From Neoechinorhynchus agilis (taxonomy: Eukaryota; Animalia; Acanthocephala), in the NCBI GenBank assembly GCA_051530055.1, contig CM121341.1, positions 1-64,000 of the forward strand: DNA of 64,000 nt, given 5' to 3'. Below the pieces are notes generated by a model. The model worked only from the letters and a program-made list of their open reading frames with translations, was not told where the DNA came from and searched no databases. The first letter of the stretch is position 1. Each line of letters begins with the position of its first letter. A program made the position numbers and the translations under genes. Positions 49,094 through 62,410 of the stretch are shown here, piece by piece.

Positions 49094-50297
49094 AGCTCCA
49101 GAAGAGAAACAGGTCAAATCCCGTAAGTGTCGAGGGCTTAAACCATCATGCCATCCAGCTGACGATGGCGGAAAGGACATCAGAGCGTAAGTGACGGTGG
49201 AGACTGTAATGGGTATGAGGAGATCGCGGTCGGACTCTGTGAACGACGGATCATAATTTGGCTTGAAGCAACTCCGTCTGCGTGGAGGATGCTTCAATTT
49301 TAAGGAGTCCGTTATGTCCTTGTTCGGCGCGAGTAGACGGTCCGTTCCGCTTACAAGTCGAACGGCGCCCCTCAGGTCGCCGTCCTCCAGCTTCTAGGGG
49401 GCATTTCGCACGTAGTTGAGAGTCCGGGTCGTGAGGAAAATTACGGCGAAGGCTCTGCCATCCAAGATGCTCGACTTGTTCAAAGGACTCGAAAGCGTCG
49501 GACCTGTTTCGAATCTTTTGACTGAGCGATTGATTCTCGTTGGCTTCAGCAGTTTGTGTGGGAACACGTAAGTCGGCTTTGGGAAACGCGAGGAAGTTGA
49601 ACCCGTCAGATGGTACGGTTGGATCTCGTATGATACGCTCGATCAGGCATGCTAATTTGGAAGCTACGGAGGACCGGGCGCCTCGCGGGATTCGTCTAAT
49701 CATACGGGTACCGTGTGAAAGCATCTCGATCAGTGCTGGCGGTGGGGCATTCATGTCTGTGACCACAGTTGTGAGTTCGGTTAAATTGGATGGATTGGAT
49801 GAAGACGGAGAAGCAGGCTGAGTTGGAGGTTTTCTGGATCCAGGGCAGTGCGAACCATGTTGACCGTGGGAGCGGACGAAACCACTGAGAGTCGGTTTGA
49901 AGACACGAAGACAAACACTGCATTTGACGGATTTGCATTGGAGACTGGACACCCCTTCGCCAGCAAGCGAAACAGCCGCCGCGGCGGACGTTGTTGCGGC
50001 GGATGTTGTTGCGGCGGACGTTGTTTAATTAATTCCAATATTTTGGCACAAGCTTGTTGTTTACCTTGATAATTCGATCTTCAAGTGTTTGCAAGTTTTT
50101 CAACTAGAAGAGAATTGAAAACGCATTCGTGTATTCACTCTTAGTGCTTCGCATCCTTAGAACTTCCATTTTTTATTTCAAGAAAGGGAAAGTGTTCATA
50201 ATATATCTCAATTTTATAATTGACTACCTCATTTCAACTCCACCGAGTATGATTCTTTTATTGCCGTTCCTTTTTGGGCAGGCCAAAACTGGTGCTC
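49094..50297 (-). repeat. Inverted duplicate of 40342-41515 (5' part of CRE element plus flank)
   Basis: Near-identical ORFs 49251-49952 vs 40601/40657; shared flank gagcaccagttttgg. Confidence 0.93.
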
Positions 50298-50459
50298 TAA
50301 TGGAATATATCATTTGATTTGTTTCATCATCGATGAAGTCCACTCTTTCAAAACATATAGGCTCTGCAGGCGATTTTTGGTTGTGGTTGTTGTGTGGGTG
50401 GTACTTCCTGCTTTTGATTCCACGGTCTATAATCCATTTGGGATCCTCTCCGTTTCTTT

Positions 50460-51250
50460 ACAAATAACATACAGGAAAACAGAAATCTACTGCAGTGTTT
50501 TATTTGTGCTTTAGTTTATTTGCTTCTTACATCGATAACATTACGTCGTCAGCTTAAAGATTAAAACACGTGCTCATGCAATATCTTCCGATTTCCAGCA
50601 AATAACATACATGAAAACAAAAACTATCTGCATTGTTTTATTGGTGCTTGGGTTTTTTCGTTTTTTACATCGCAAACAAGACGTCATCGGCTTAAAAATT
50701 AGAACACGTTCGCATGCAAAATCTTCTTTTTTTGACAAAAAAACCTAGTGCTAAACCGAAACAGACTTAGGTGCTTTATTGCTGATTTATTTTTTTGTTG
50801 TTTATATCGAAAATATGACGTTATCTATTTAAAAATTTGAACACGTGCTTAAGCAACATCTTCTGATTACTTCAGTGTTTTATTGCTGCTTCATTTTTTT
50901 CGTTGTTCGTATCGAAAACGGGTTAAATCCATAACGCGTTTACCATTAAGACAATCATAGTTACGTGGGCCGATTACTCGTTGCAAAAAACGTCATCAGG
51001 TTTAAAAATTAGAACCCGTGCTCACGATATATCTTCAGATTATTAGCAAATAACATACAGGAAGGCAAAAATCGACTCCGGTGTTCTATTGTTGCTCTAT
51101 TTTTCCGTCGTTTATATTGAAAACACGTAAAATCCATGACGCGTTTACCATTAAGATAGTCAAAGTTTCGTCCGCCATTTACTCGTTACAAAAAGTCATA
51201 AAATTAAAAAATTTTAACACGTGCTCGTGCAATATCTTCTGATTGTGAGC
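50460..51250. repeat. Diverged tandem repeat, ~135-200-bp units, ~5 copies
   Basis: Recurrent ttaaaaattagaacacgtgctcatgcaatatcttc..gatt..agcaaataacatacaggaa-like block. Confidence 0.7.
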
Positions 51251-54040
51251 CATTTCAACGAAATGAAAACTCGAAATTTGAAAACGCATTCGTGTGCTAA
51301 CTCTTAGTGCTTCGCTTTAATTTAGATGCGCTTTTGGAAAAAATTATCAATCAAACAAAAACAAGAGATTTGATAACGCATTCGAGTACTAACTCTTAGT
51401 ACTTCACTTTAATTTAGACGCGCATTTGGAAAACCTTATCAATCAAATGAAAACAAGGGATTTGAAAACGCATTCGAGTACTAACTCTCAGTGCTTCGCA
51501 TTAATTTGGACGCGCTTTGGAAAACATTATCAATCAAATAAAAACAAAAGGTCTGAAAACGCATTCGTCTACTCACTCTTAGTTCTTCACTTTAATTTAG
51601 ACGCGCTTTTAGAAAAATTATCAATCAAATAAAAACAAGAGATTTGAAAATCCATTCGTGCGCTCACTCCCATTACTTCGCTTTAGCTTCGGAGCCCTAT
51701 TAAAAAATCTTATATACACAATAAAAACAAGAAACTTGAAAACGAATTTGTGTACTCCCTCTTAATGTTTCGCTTTAATTTAGACGCGATTTATGAAAAC
51801 ATTATCAATCAAATAAAAATTAAAGATTTGGAAACGCATTCGTGTACTCATTCTTAGTGCTTCGTTTTAATTTACAGGCGCTTTTGGAAAACATTACATA
51901 TATAATAAAAACTCGAGATTTGAGAGCGCATTCCTGTACTCACTCCCAGTGCTTCACTTTATTTTAGACGCGCTTTTGGAATACATTATCAACCAAATAA
52001 AAACTAAAGATTTTAAAACGCATTCGTGTATTATCTCTTGGTTCTTTTCTTTAATTTAAACGCGCTTTTGGAAAATATTATCAATCAAATAAAAACTCGA
52101 GATTTCAAAACGCATTTGTTTACCATTTCTTAGTTCTTGACATTAATTTAGACGCATTTTTTGAAAACATTATCAATCAAAACAAAACAATGGATTTAAA
52201 AACGCATTCGTGAGCACACTCCTAGTGCTTCGTTTCAATTTAGAGGCGCTCTTGGAAAACATTATTAATCAAATAAAAACTCGAGATTTTAAAGCGCATT
52301 CGTGTACTAACTCTTAGCGCTTCGTTTTAATTTACAGGCGCTTTTGGAAAACATAATCAATCAGATAAAAATATTAGTTTTGAAAACGCATTTGTGTACT
52401 CACTCTTTGTGCTTCACTTAAATTTAGATGCGCTTTTAGAAAAGATCATGAATCAAATAAAAACAGGAGATTTGAAAACGCATTCGTGTACTCACTCTTA
52501 GTTCTTCGCTTTAATTTGGACGCACTTTTGGAAAACATTATCAACCAAATAAAAACAAGAGATTAGAAAACGCATTCGTCTACTCACTCTTAGTTCTTCG
52601 CTTTAATTTGGACGCGATTTTGGATAACATTATCAACCAAATAAAAACAAGTGATTTGAAAACGCATTCGCGCACTCAATCTTAGTACTTCGTTTTAATT
52701 TACAAGCGCTTTTGGAAAACATCATCAATTAAATAAAAACTCGAGATTTGAAAACGCATTCGTGTACTCACTCTTAGTGCTTCGCTTTAATTTATACGCG
52801 CTTTTGGAAAACATTATCAATCAGATAAAAACATGAGATTTGAAAACGCATTCGTGTACTCACTCTTAGTGCTTCACTTCAATCTACACGCGCTTTTGGA
52901 AAACATTATCAATAAAATAAAAACTCGAGATTTTAAAACGACTTGGGGTACTAACTCCTAGTGCTTCACTTTTATTGAGACACCCTTTTGCAAAAAAATG
53001 ATCAATTCAATGAAAACAAGAGATTTAAAAACGCATTCGTGTACTCATTCCTATAGCTTCGCTTTAACTTTGGCGCGCAATTGGAGAACGTTATCAATAC
53101 AAAAAAAACAAGAGATTTGAAAACGCATTCGTGTACTCAGACATAGTGCTTCGCTTTAATTTGGCAGTGCTTTTTGAATACATTATCAATAATAAAAACA
53201 ATAGATTTTAAAACGCATTCGTGTCCTCACTCTTTGTGCTCCGCTTTAATGTAGACGCGGTTTTGGAAAATATTACCACTCAATAAAGATAAGGGATTTG
53301 AAAACGCATTCCTGTATTATCTCTTGGTGCTTCACTTTAGTTTAGACGCGCTTTTGGAGAACATTATCAATCAAATAAAAACTAGAGATTTGAGAACGCA
53401 TTCGTGTACTCACTCTTAGTTCTTCACTTTAATTACGATGCGCTTTTGGAAAATATTATCAATCAAATAAAAACTCGAGATTTGTAAACGCATTCCTGTA
53501 TTCACCCTTGGTGCTTTTCTTTAATTTATACGCGCTTGTGGAAAATATTATCAATCAAATGAAAACTCGAGATTTGAAAACGCATTGGTGTACTAACTCT
53601 TATTGCTTCACTTTAATTAAGATGCGCTTTTGGAAGACATTATCAATCAAACAAAAACAAGGAATTTGAAAACGATTTTGTGTAGTCACTCTTAGTGCTT
53701 CGCTTTAATGTAGACGCGATTTTGTAAAATATTACCACTTAATAAAAATAAGAGATTTGAAAATGCATTCCTGTATTATCTCTTTGTGCTTCACTTTAAT
53801 TTAGACGCGCTTTTGGAAAACATTACCAATACAATAAAAACAAGAGATATGAAAACGCATTCGTGTACTCGCTCTTAGTTCTTCGCTTTAATTTAGACGC
53901 GCTTTTGGAAAACATTACCAATACAATAAAAACAAGAGATATGAAAACGCATTCGTGTACTCACTCTTAGTTCTTCGCTTTTATTTAGACGCGCTTATTG
54001 AACACTTTATAAATCAAATAAATACTCGAGATTTTAAAAC
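51250..54040 (-). repeat. 92-bp satellite, inverted orientation
   Basis: Reverse-complement monomers; the variant order at 51735-53430 mirrors 40335-38270. Confidence 0.95.
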
Positions 54041-54286
54041 GCATCTCGTCGGGTTCATCATCAAACGTCTTAATAAATAATCATTTACCGGGTGTCAATA
54101 ATTCCAATGACATCCCCGGTACCTCAAATATCGACATTAGGTTTTTTGAATGATTTAGAATAAAAATTGCAGAGGGTTGGATATGCGTAGGTGAGCGTTG
54201 GTAGGATGGCGGACGTCTAGAAGTACTAAAGAACTTTGGATGATAATCCAATTTTAAGGAATTGGAGGCGTTTAAGAAGATAGAGC

Positions 54287-54909
54287 TTAATGAGCTCTTT
54301 GTGCAACAACATTGATGTGTGCTTGTCCGCCTTTAGATTGTTCTGAAAATAAAGAGCAAGTATACGAACAGAGGAGACACGATTGATAGGAAAAAGAAAA
54401 AACGGCTGATCGGAAGTGCAATTTGAGATTGAGGGGCGATTTCAAAGCACTTGTTTTGGTTAAGGGTAAGACATTTAGAGGAGCAAAATGCTTTAACGTG
54501 AGAAATCTCTTTAGAAGTAATTGGGAGTAAGAGGGGAGCCGGTGCATGCGTAATGATTGTAAGATCATCAGCATACAAGAAGTGTTTAGGATAAGAAGAG
54601 GGTGGAATAAGATAGTTCAGGAAAACATTGAAAAGAATGGGGGGGAAACAGCTCTTCGGGAACTCCCTTGCTGATTGCTAGGGTGTTCGAGGTGATGCTC
54701 CCTACTTCGATAAATTGTAATCTTCTGTTTAGAAAGGATTTGAACCGTTTGATTTGCCAGGCGGCAAGACAAAATTTTAAGCATATGTCAAGAAGGAGAT
54801 TGTGATCGACGGAATCAGAAGCTTCATGAATGTCGATATGCGTCGAGGTTATGAAGAAGAGAATCGTAGACGCAAAGAAGGGTGAAAGGTTGTGCCTAAT
54901 TGTGGACAT
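54287..54909 (-). pseudogene. CR1/L2-group LINE RT fragment
   Basis: DSVDHNLLL, FLNRRLQFIEV, MYADDLTII. Confidence 0.7.
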
Positions 54910-55087
54910 AAAATCATCAAAGAAAAGCTTAAGATTTTTATGAAGCCGATTGGAAAGTGCAATAAAATAAACTGTGTTTTGGTATAGATAAAATCAGATA
55001 ATCAACACATTGTTTGATTAGGAGTTTCGTCTTAGCCACCCTGTGGGTTTTAATTACAAAAGTTATGTAGAATTATTTTTTATTTCT

Positions 55088-55146
55088 ACACCCGGTAAAT
55101 GATTATTTATTAACGACGTTTCGAACCTCGTCGGCTTCATCATCCG
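55088..55146 (-). ncRNA. Hammerhead-ribozyme-like motif of Penelope-like-element type (probably degenerate)
   Basis: Minus strand ATGATGA-AGCC-gacga-GGTT-CGAAAC-GTC-GTT-AATAAA; first core base is A rather than C; stem I not evident. Confidence 0.45.
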
Positions 55147-56169
55147 TTTGTTTGTTAGTTAACATGTAAAGTTTTGTGTTAGGTATTTGGAGAGCAGTAG
55201 AAATAAAATAAGCGAAAGCGGCGAACACTGCGGTACTCCAGTCAGAGGATATAATAACGTTTTTGAGGTGGCATGGTCGTAATAGAAAGATTTCGTGAAT
55301 AATGTATTATAGATTCTGGAGATAACATTGCAAGGAATGCAAAAAATGCTAGAATTTCCCTAATAAAATGAAGAGCTATTTTGCCAAATTCTAGAGACTC
55401 CTACGGTTAAAATAGCCCGGATGGGTATGCTTGAGTTACTAAAACTGGAATAAAAATAGGTTAGTACTAAGTAACGAAGGTTATTGGAATAATTAACAGA
55501 TTTTTTACCGTTTTTACCCCGAAAAAATCCGTGTCGATATATTGTATCCCCTCCAAGCATAGGGAGAGCAATTGAGCACCAGTTTTGCAAAAAGTAAATA
55601 GAATCCTGCGACAGAAGATTAAAAAATTTGGTGCCAGTGATGCTATTAGAAGAGGATAATTTTTGATTCATCGGTCATACTTTTAGGGTGTCATTAAGAA
55701 TCCGATCAGAACGGATTGCTACCAACCTGCGAAAAACTATGGATGGCCTATTGCATCTAGCACAACATAGTGAGTGAAATTCAGATACTGTACCAAGAAT
55801 ATTATCTAACGTGACGGATTTTTGACAGTTTGAAAGTTTCAGCTTCCAGTTCTTAAAATTTATCCTAGATAAAACGTTTCACCACCTAAGGAAAAAGTTC
55901 CTCACGGTTTCTAAAAAGCACTTTCATGTCTTTGTTGCTACCTGCATCTAACAGTCCAGTGGCGTTTCGAAGGAACTTTATGGAGAAGAACGTCGTTACC
56001 CTGTTTAGCTAAGTATAGTTATCACCCCAGAATACAAAAGGATCTGCTTTCACACGATCTAAAAGAAGACCTGTACTGGTTTATAGAGATAGATGTTAAC
56101 AGTCCTATAAATAAAGTTATTAATAAGAGGGGAACTTACTTAAGACTAACCTGAGAAAATTGAAGGGAT

Positions 56170-58230
56170 AAAAGGTTTCAAGGTCAACGTTCTCTCTCTC
56201 GACAACGTTCTCTCTCGTCAATCGTCAAAGATCAACGTTCTCTCTCTCGTCCGTCATAAACACTTGCAATCAATGCCGTAGCTAAAGCGCCCAACCTGTG
56301 ACATGGACGATTGTCCGGTAAAAACTCAAATATTCGTCACAAATACTTGGGCAGCAGGCAGGAAATTTATTTGCGATTTCTGTACTGCCACCTTGCTCAA
56401 ACCCTGTTCTCCGGTTCCCCCCTTTTCAATAAGTACTCAAAAACTACCAACTCCCAAACTCCTATTCCCCAACCCCTTCCATCTTCAGTTTCCACACCCC
56501 AAACCTCCTCTTCTCCCTCACTTCACTCTTCAAATACTGTCCACCCATCCTTAGCTGTCGGCGCCTTCCAAGACTCCTCTCCACACTCAAATTCGACTTC
56601 TCTTCAACAATCTTCTCCCCTCCTTAATTCCGTTCCTATCATCTCGCATAACCCTCTTCCCTCGTCCCTGCATTCTAAGTCTCACTCTGCTCCACCATTA
56701 AAACCGAACCCCCTCCTCCTCGGCCTCATCTAAATCCCCCATCTCCTCTCTAGCACCCCGTACTGCTAGAAAAAACCATAAACCCCTTCCATCCTTCTAC
56801 GATTACGTTTCTACGTTGGCCCCATCAAAACCTTCCACTTTCTCTCCTGTACCTCGATTTTCCAGTAAAAAGCATACACCCCTACCATCCTTCAACGACT
56901 ACATTCAGCATCACTCGCCTCGTAAATTAACTCCTCCTAAACCCCTCTCATCCTTGCCTCGACTCATCTCTCATCTGCCTAAAACCACTAATCCGCACCC
57001 TACCAAATGTGGAAATTTTCGCTTCGCCCCTCAGAAGCGAAAAATACATTGGACGCTTACACTACCTCACCCCTTACCATAACCTCTTCAACTCCCAATA
57101 TCTTCTTTCCCCCCGAGTTCATACCGCATACACAGTTCCCACCCTTATGGTCCCTACACTCAAATATCCCCTTACTACAGTGTCCACCCACGAATCCATT
57201 ACCCCGAACTACCCCATCGGTCAACTCCCACCCCTTATCTCTCTGCGCAGCTTCAATCCTCTTTGTCAGTGTCCACCCCTCATGTGCCTTCTAAACATCC
57301 CTTTGCAATAATCTTTTATTCCAACATCCGCAGCCTCCTCCCCAAACTGGATGAGCTCCATATAGTTGCCTCTTCTTGCAACGCCGACATCCTTGAAATT
57401 ACGGAAATATGGCTCTCACCCCATATCAAATTATCTGCCTTCCTTCCGAACTTTCAAGGTTTTCACCTCACAAGGGACTTCGAAACGGGGGAGGCAGTGC
57501 CTCTCTTTCTTACCATTGCTCTTCACCCTACCTTTTCATCTCCGACGATCTTGAATGGCTTCACATCTAACTTCATCTCCCCCCTCCGCAATGGCCAACG
57601 TGAGATCTCTATCGCTGGCCTATATCGACCTCCTTCCTCAAACATCCCCAACGCACTTCAACAAATAGACCACCTATTTACTGACCTACTTTACACTTCC
57701 TCAGATCACTTCATCATATTGGGCGATTTTAACAAACTGCCGATCACGCCTCCTCCTTATCCCTACATACGCCTTCCGCACTTTCCTCGCCTTTTCCGCC
57801 AATGATCTCCATTCCCTCGAAACCTTCCACAAGGGAGCAGCGAGAATATGCGGGACTTCACTCCCTTCCCTCGACGCCCACCTCCACTTCATTTTCCCTA
57901 AAAAAGCCCTCCGTCTTCTTAAACTCTCTCCACAATTTTCTTCTCTCATCACTAAATACTCTTCCCTCGTAAACACCCGTAACCCCAACCTTTTTCAACC
58001 CCCTCGATCTTACCACTTTCAACCAAAATTCTTTCCTCCCCCAAGCCCAATATTTCCTTAACAACCGGCGAACAAGGAAAGACTCCCAATCGGTCATTCT
58101 CCTGTAAAACTCCTTCAAAGACAAGTCCCACCTCCCTGCCTAAACATCCGACATCCAGACACCTTCAGAAAAGATAGATGCTGGCAAGTGTATGGATCGT
58201 TCTTAAATTAATAAAACGTGTTTATATATA
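56170..58230 (+). mobile_element. CR1/L2-group LINE derivative: 5' region, APE endonuclease start, large internal deletion, 3' end
   Basis: caacgttctctctc tandem leader; YSNIRSLLPKLDEL..ITEIWL..GLYRPP..LGDFN; then sequence homologous to 28790-28920; boundaries approximate. Confidence 0.7.
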
Positions 58231-58259
58231 AACGAAAGAGAGCGCGTTCAGTGTTTGCT

Positions 58260-59464
58260 TATACGCAATGAGTCATTGGGTAGGCAGGATCATAGTGCAA
58301 CGTCGTGTCTAGCAAAGTCAAACAAAAATACTTGACTTGACTCGAAATAAGAAATTAATACTCCTCTTATTTACGAAGAGATCTAAGAATGAATTAGTGT
58401 TGTTTCTGACCAAATAAAAAGAGGGAGCCGGTGGTATCGTAAAGTCGAGATTTCTTACTGCGTTAACTATTGATTTAATCGATTTAAGTGAGGGATCATA
58501 AGAATCTCCAGCTATAAAATCGATGTTAGATTTGAGAAGCCACTTAAGCCTATTTTTAGTGCAGGGACATGCGTAAAATTGGGTATTTGCATTCTCTACT
58601 CCGGGATTAAGTGAACCTTTTTAAGATAAGGTGTCCGTTTGTCATCCTCCGCTGCAGAGTTAGCTTGCAAATTTTTTGAAACTAAATCCTTTTTCATCAA
58701 TCGTTCCATCTGGTTTAAAACATATTTTACATGCTGCCAGCTTTACAAATCGATTATAATTTTCATTCGGAGAAATTTAAAACTGCACTTTAAATCAATA
58801 ATGAATATTTTTCATATAATGCCTTAAAAAGAATAAAATCCATGATAACTTAAAGACCTCGAGCATGTCACAAATTATTTCGATTAAAAAATTATGATAA
58901 AAATTTAAACGTGCGCCAAATAATTTCACGGACTATATTTCTTCCGTTTTTTGTACATTGCAAATCGCCGTCTGTTTCCTATCGCTGCTTGTACATTCCG
59001 CGCATCGTTCTGTTTTGTTCGCTGATGAATTGAGCGATTTTGGAGCTGATGGTTTGTTTTAACCTTTTTACCGATGACCCGTGATGGTACCTAGGAGCCT
59101 CAATTAACGTGCAATACACGATCTGAACGATAGATATTGTTTGCTCAAGTACGACATCCTTCTTGCGGTTTGCTAGTAAGTTTCTGTATAAATCCACTTT
59201 GACCGCTTTGCACCGGCGAAGTGAGTTCATTGGACAAGTTTGGGCGATCGGAAGTTGAAATATGTGATGATGTTGTTGCTATTGCCGCACTCAAACGCTT
59301 TTCGGCTTCCATATCATCGGGAAAAGCGCCATCTGAAAAATGCGCTTCGCTTCCGGTCGATGTGGGGTTAACTCTCGACTTTGGGGTGAACTGATGAGCT
59401 TTCTTTTGTTTCAATGGTTTCTTTGGGTCCTGGGGAATCTTTGTCTTTGTCGGAAATAAAGAAA
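58260..59464 (-). repeat. Inverted paralogue of 47381-48945 (R2b 5' fragment plus AT-rich flank)
   Basis: ORF 58979-59230 matches 47722-47973; ccaatgactcattgcgta shared. Confidence 0.9.
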
Positions 59465-59551
59465 GTCATTGTTACGTCCACCGTTTACCCGCGTGTTTGT
59501 AAGTTTTTTCGATTCAAAACGTCTCTAATTAGATGACGAGTCATTTGGCTA
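59465..59551 (-). other. Second mini 28S target cassette
   Basis: Minus strand TAGCCAAATGACTCGTCATCTAATTAGAGACG / ttttgaatcgaaaaaacttacaaaca / CGCGGGTAAACGGTGGACGTAACAATGAC. Confidence 0.9.
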
Positions 59552-60390
59552 AATTCGCATTTATTAGATTTTATCATATAAATGTTTATACATTAAATCT
59601 TATAATTTGCTTGTCATCTTTGGCTTGATTTTGTTATTTGCTTGTTTGCTTATCTATTTTTGTGTTGCTCTTGAATTGATTTAATAATTCAATAATTCAA
59701 TTGTTAATTGTTTTCGGGTATCGAAGCAAGAAGGTGTGTCCCATAAAATTGTTGTAGACTTTAATGTACTGCTCCGCTGCTGTTTTTGCCATGTTCAGGG
59801 CGGTATTTTTGGATAAATTAAACTCTCGTAATCTTCTTAATAGTGCTGCTGAGTAGGTTCCTCTTGCCCCAACTGCCAACCCAATAGTTTTAACATCATG
59901 TTTTCTTAAATTGTATTTGGCAGCTACGTTCTCGACTATTACACTGTACTTGTTTTCCTTCTCGGCCATGATATTCTCTCCTCGCTCGTTTGTCGTTTCG
60001 TAATAAACTGCAAAATCGATTATGTTTGCTTTCTTCTGATGTCGGTCGATGAGAATGAGATCTGGTTTGTAGAGTTGACCTTGCTTATCGTGTATACGGT
60101 TCTCGGTGTGAATCTCCCACCGAGAGCCCCATCGCTTCTGTAGAGCCCATGTAAAGCGTTCTTGAACCGCATCATGACGCTCTACCATTTTGGTTGTGCT
60201 TTTCGGGCAGAGATTTAGGACATGTAGTTGTGTCTCTGCTGGCGCCGTACAATGCCTGCACTACTTACTTCGGGCATGGTCCATTCTTGAAAGATTTGAT
60301 GCTACCTTTAGCAGTTGATACCGCATTTTTACCCGCATTGTATAATTGTGATTGTTGTCCTGACGGTATCGAAAGCTTAGCGCCGTATGA

Positions 60391-61698
60391 TCAAGATGCC
60401 CTCCTGTAAACGCGTTTATTCCAAGAGATTGGGTAGACGCTTCTTCTCACCTTTTTTTCCAGGTATTTTGTATACGCATTCCTCATGTTTTCGACTGTGA
60501 AGTCGGCCGATGATCCAGCGATGCTGACGAGATATTCCTCGAGATTTTTATAGATACGCTGATCTTCATCCATGTCATGATAGTGCGATTTTGCTGCAAG
60601 ATAAGTCTTTATTCTTGAACTCATAACAAAGTGTTTAATAGACGGGAAGCCAAGTCCACCCTTGCATAGTGGTAAGAATAATACTCCATCATTTAAAAAA
60701 TGGGGCAAAAATAAGAGCTTCTTTAGTTTCGTCCTCCAAAGTTGTTCAATCTTGTTTAAGGAGGTTGACGAAATGTCATGTGCCGCTTGTAATCTTGATA
60801 CGAGGCTCGGGAGTCCATAATCATTTATCATGTGAGCTGCTTGTGTCGGACTTAGGCCAGCCGCCTTTGTTTCATCAAAAAGTCTTGAGAGTTCCGCGGA
60901 CATCTCTTCAATATTGGTGGGCTTCCATGGTGTACCGCCCAGATATTTAATCGGGTCTCCGTCTATTATTGTAGTAAGTTTCGCTTCTCCAATGTAAGCG
61001 GTTTGTTCTCTCTCGACGACCAGTTTGTTATAAACAAAGCGTTGGTGGTAAGTCCTGCATTTGTTAGGCGATAAATTCAGTCCTTTCTTAGAAAGTCCCT
61101 CGTTCATGATGTCAATCATTTGTTGCAGATGCCTCATACTTTCGGCAATTAAGAGAATATCATCTGCATACACTAGCTGGCTTAAGCGACCGCTTCTGGT
61201 TGAGCACCCCAACCCTAGTTCGTCAACCTGTCGCAGGACATCGTCAATGCAAAGTGCAAAAACGAATGGCGAAAGTGGGTCTCCCTGTTTCACGCCACGA
61301 TGAAACTTAATTGGGTCCGATGGTCTTGAACTAGGGAGGTGGAGCCGGGTGTATGAAGTACTAAACACCTCCATCAGATACCGCCGCATGTATATTGGGC
61401 AGTTGTGCGCAACTAGTGCATTGTGTATTGTTTCATGGCTTACGGAGTCGAAGGCAGATTTGATGTCAAAAACTGCCAATGCAATTTGCTTCCTATCTAA
61501 CCTCTTCTTTTTCATCAAATCCCTCAAAATGAGGAGATTTGAATTGCACGCTGTGCTGTCAAACGCCGTCTGGCTATCGTGCAAACTGCAGCACTTCCTT
61601 AATCTTTCCAGCATAACCCGATGCACAATACGAAGTAGAATAGATGATATTGTGATCGGTCTCCAGCCGGACATTGAATTCAAAGATTCATTTTTCAT
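60391..61698 (-). pseudogene. RT core of R2 family 'a'
   Basis: 435-aa ORF with RT motifs. Confidence 0.9.
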
Positions 61699-62410
61699 CC
61701 CAGCCAGGACTTTGGTGGAGAACCAACTTGTATGACGGAGTTGACCAGGATTGTAAGCCCCACAAGGTGCTTGTCGAACGCACGAATTTCACGAAGTGTT
61801 ATCTTATCAGGACCGACGGAACTGCTTGACTTTATGCCGCGGATCGCAGCTTGTAATTCGTCTACGGTTACAGCTGGCCATAATTCCTGCAACGAAAGTA
61901 GATCACGCGGACCAGAATTGACATGGAAGATACGAGTTGTAACTTTGGAATCCTCGATTAGTGAGCGTAAGTGTTTTACACAGTCCGATTGTGGGATAGT
62001 AGGCTGGCGGTTTTCGTCCGACTTAAATATCAAGTTGGCAAGTCGACTTGTATTATTGAAATAAAGAGCGCGATATCACCTTTTGACAATATCATTTGAC
62101 TGCTTCGAGTTCAGACCTCGAGAACGCTTGCAAGGATAGGTTTCAGAATCGTCGATCCAGACGTTAAATGATGAATTTGAGACCTTTCGAGATCGGATTC
62201 GAATTGGGACATCATCGTTTGGAGTATAAATTACAAAGTCACATTGATAGGCAGTCGCTGCGGCCCAAAGTATGAAGTAAACTGACAGTTCGTTGTCGTT
62301 TTTGAGGCAATCCAGTATGTCATTTAGCGCGAGATTTGCGTCCGGGAGCATTTTAACAACATGCTCAAAATATTGACATTCACGTAAAACAGAATCCAAG
62401 ATGCGATCCT

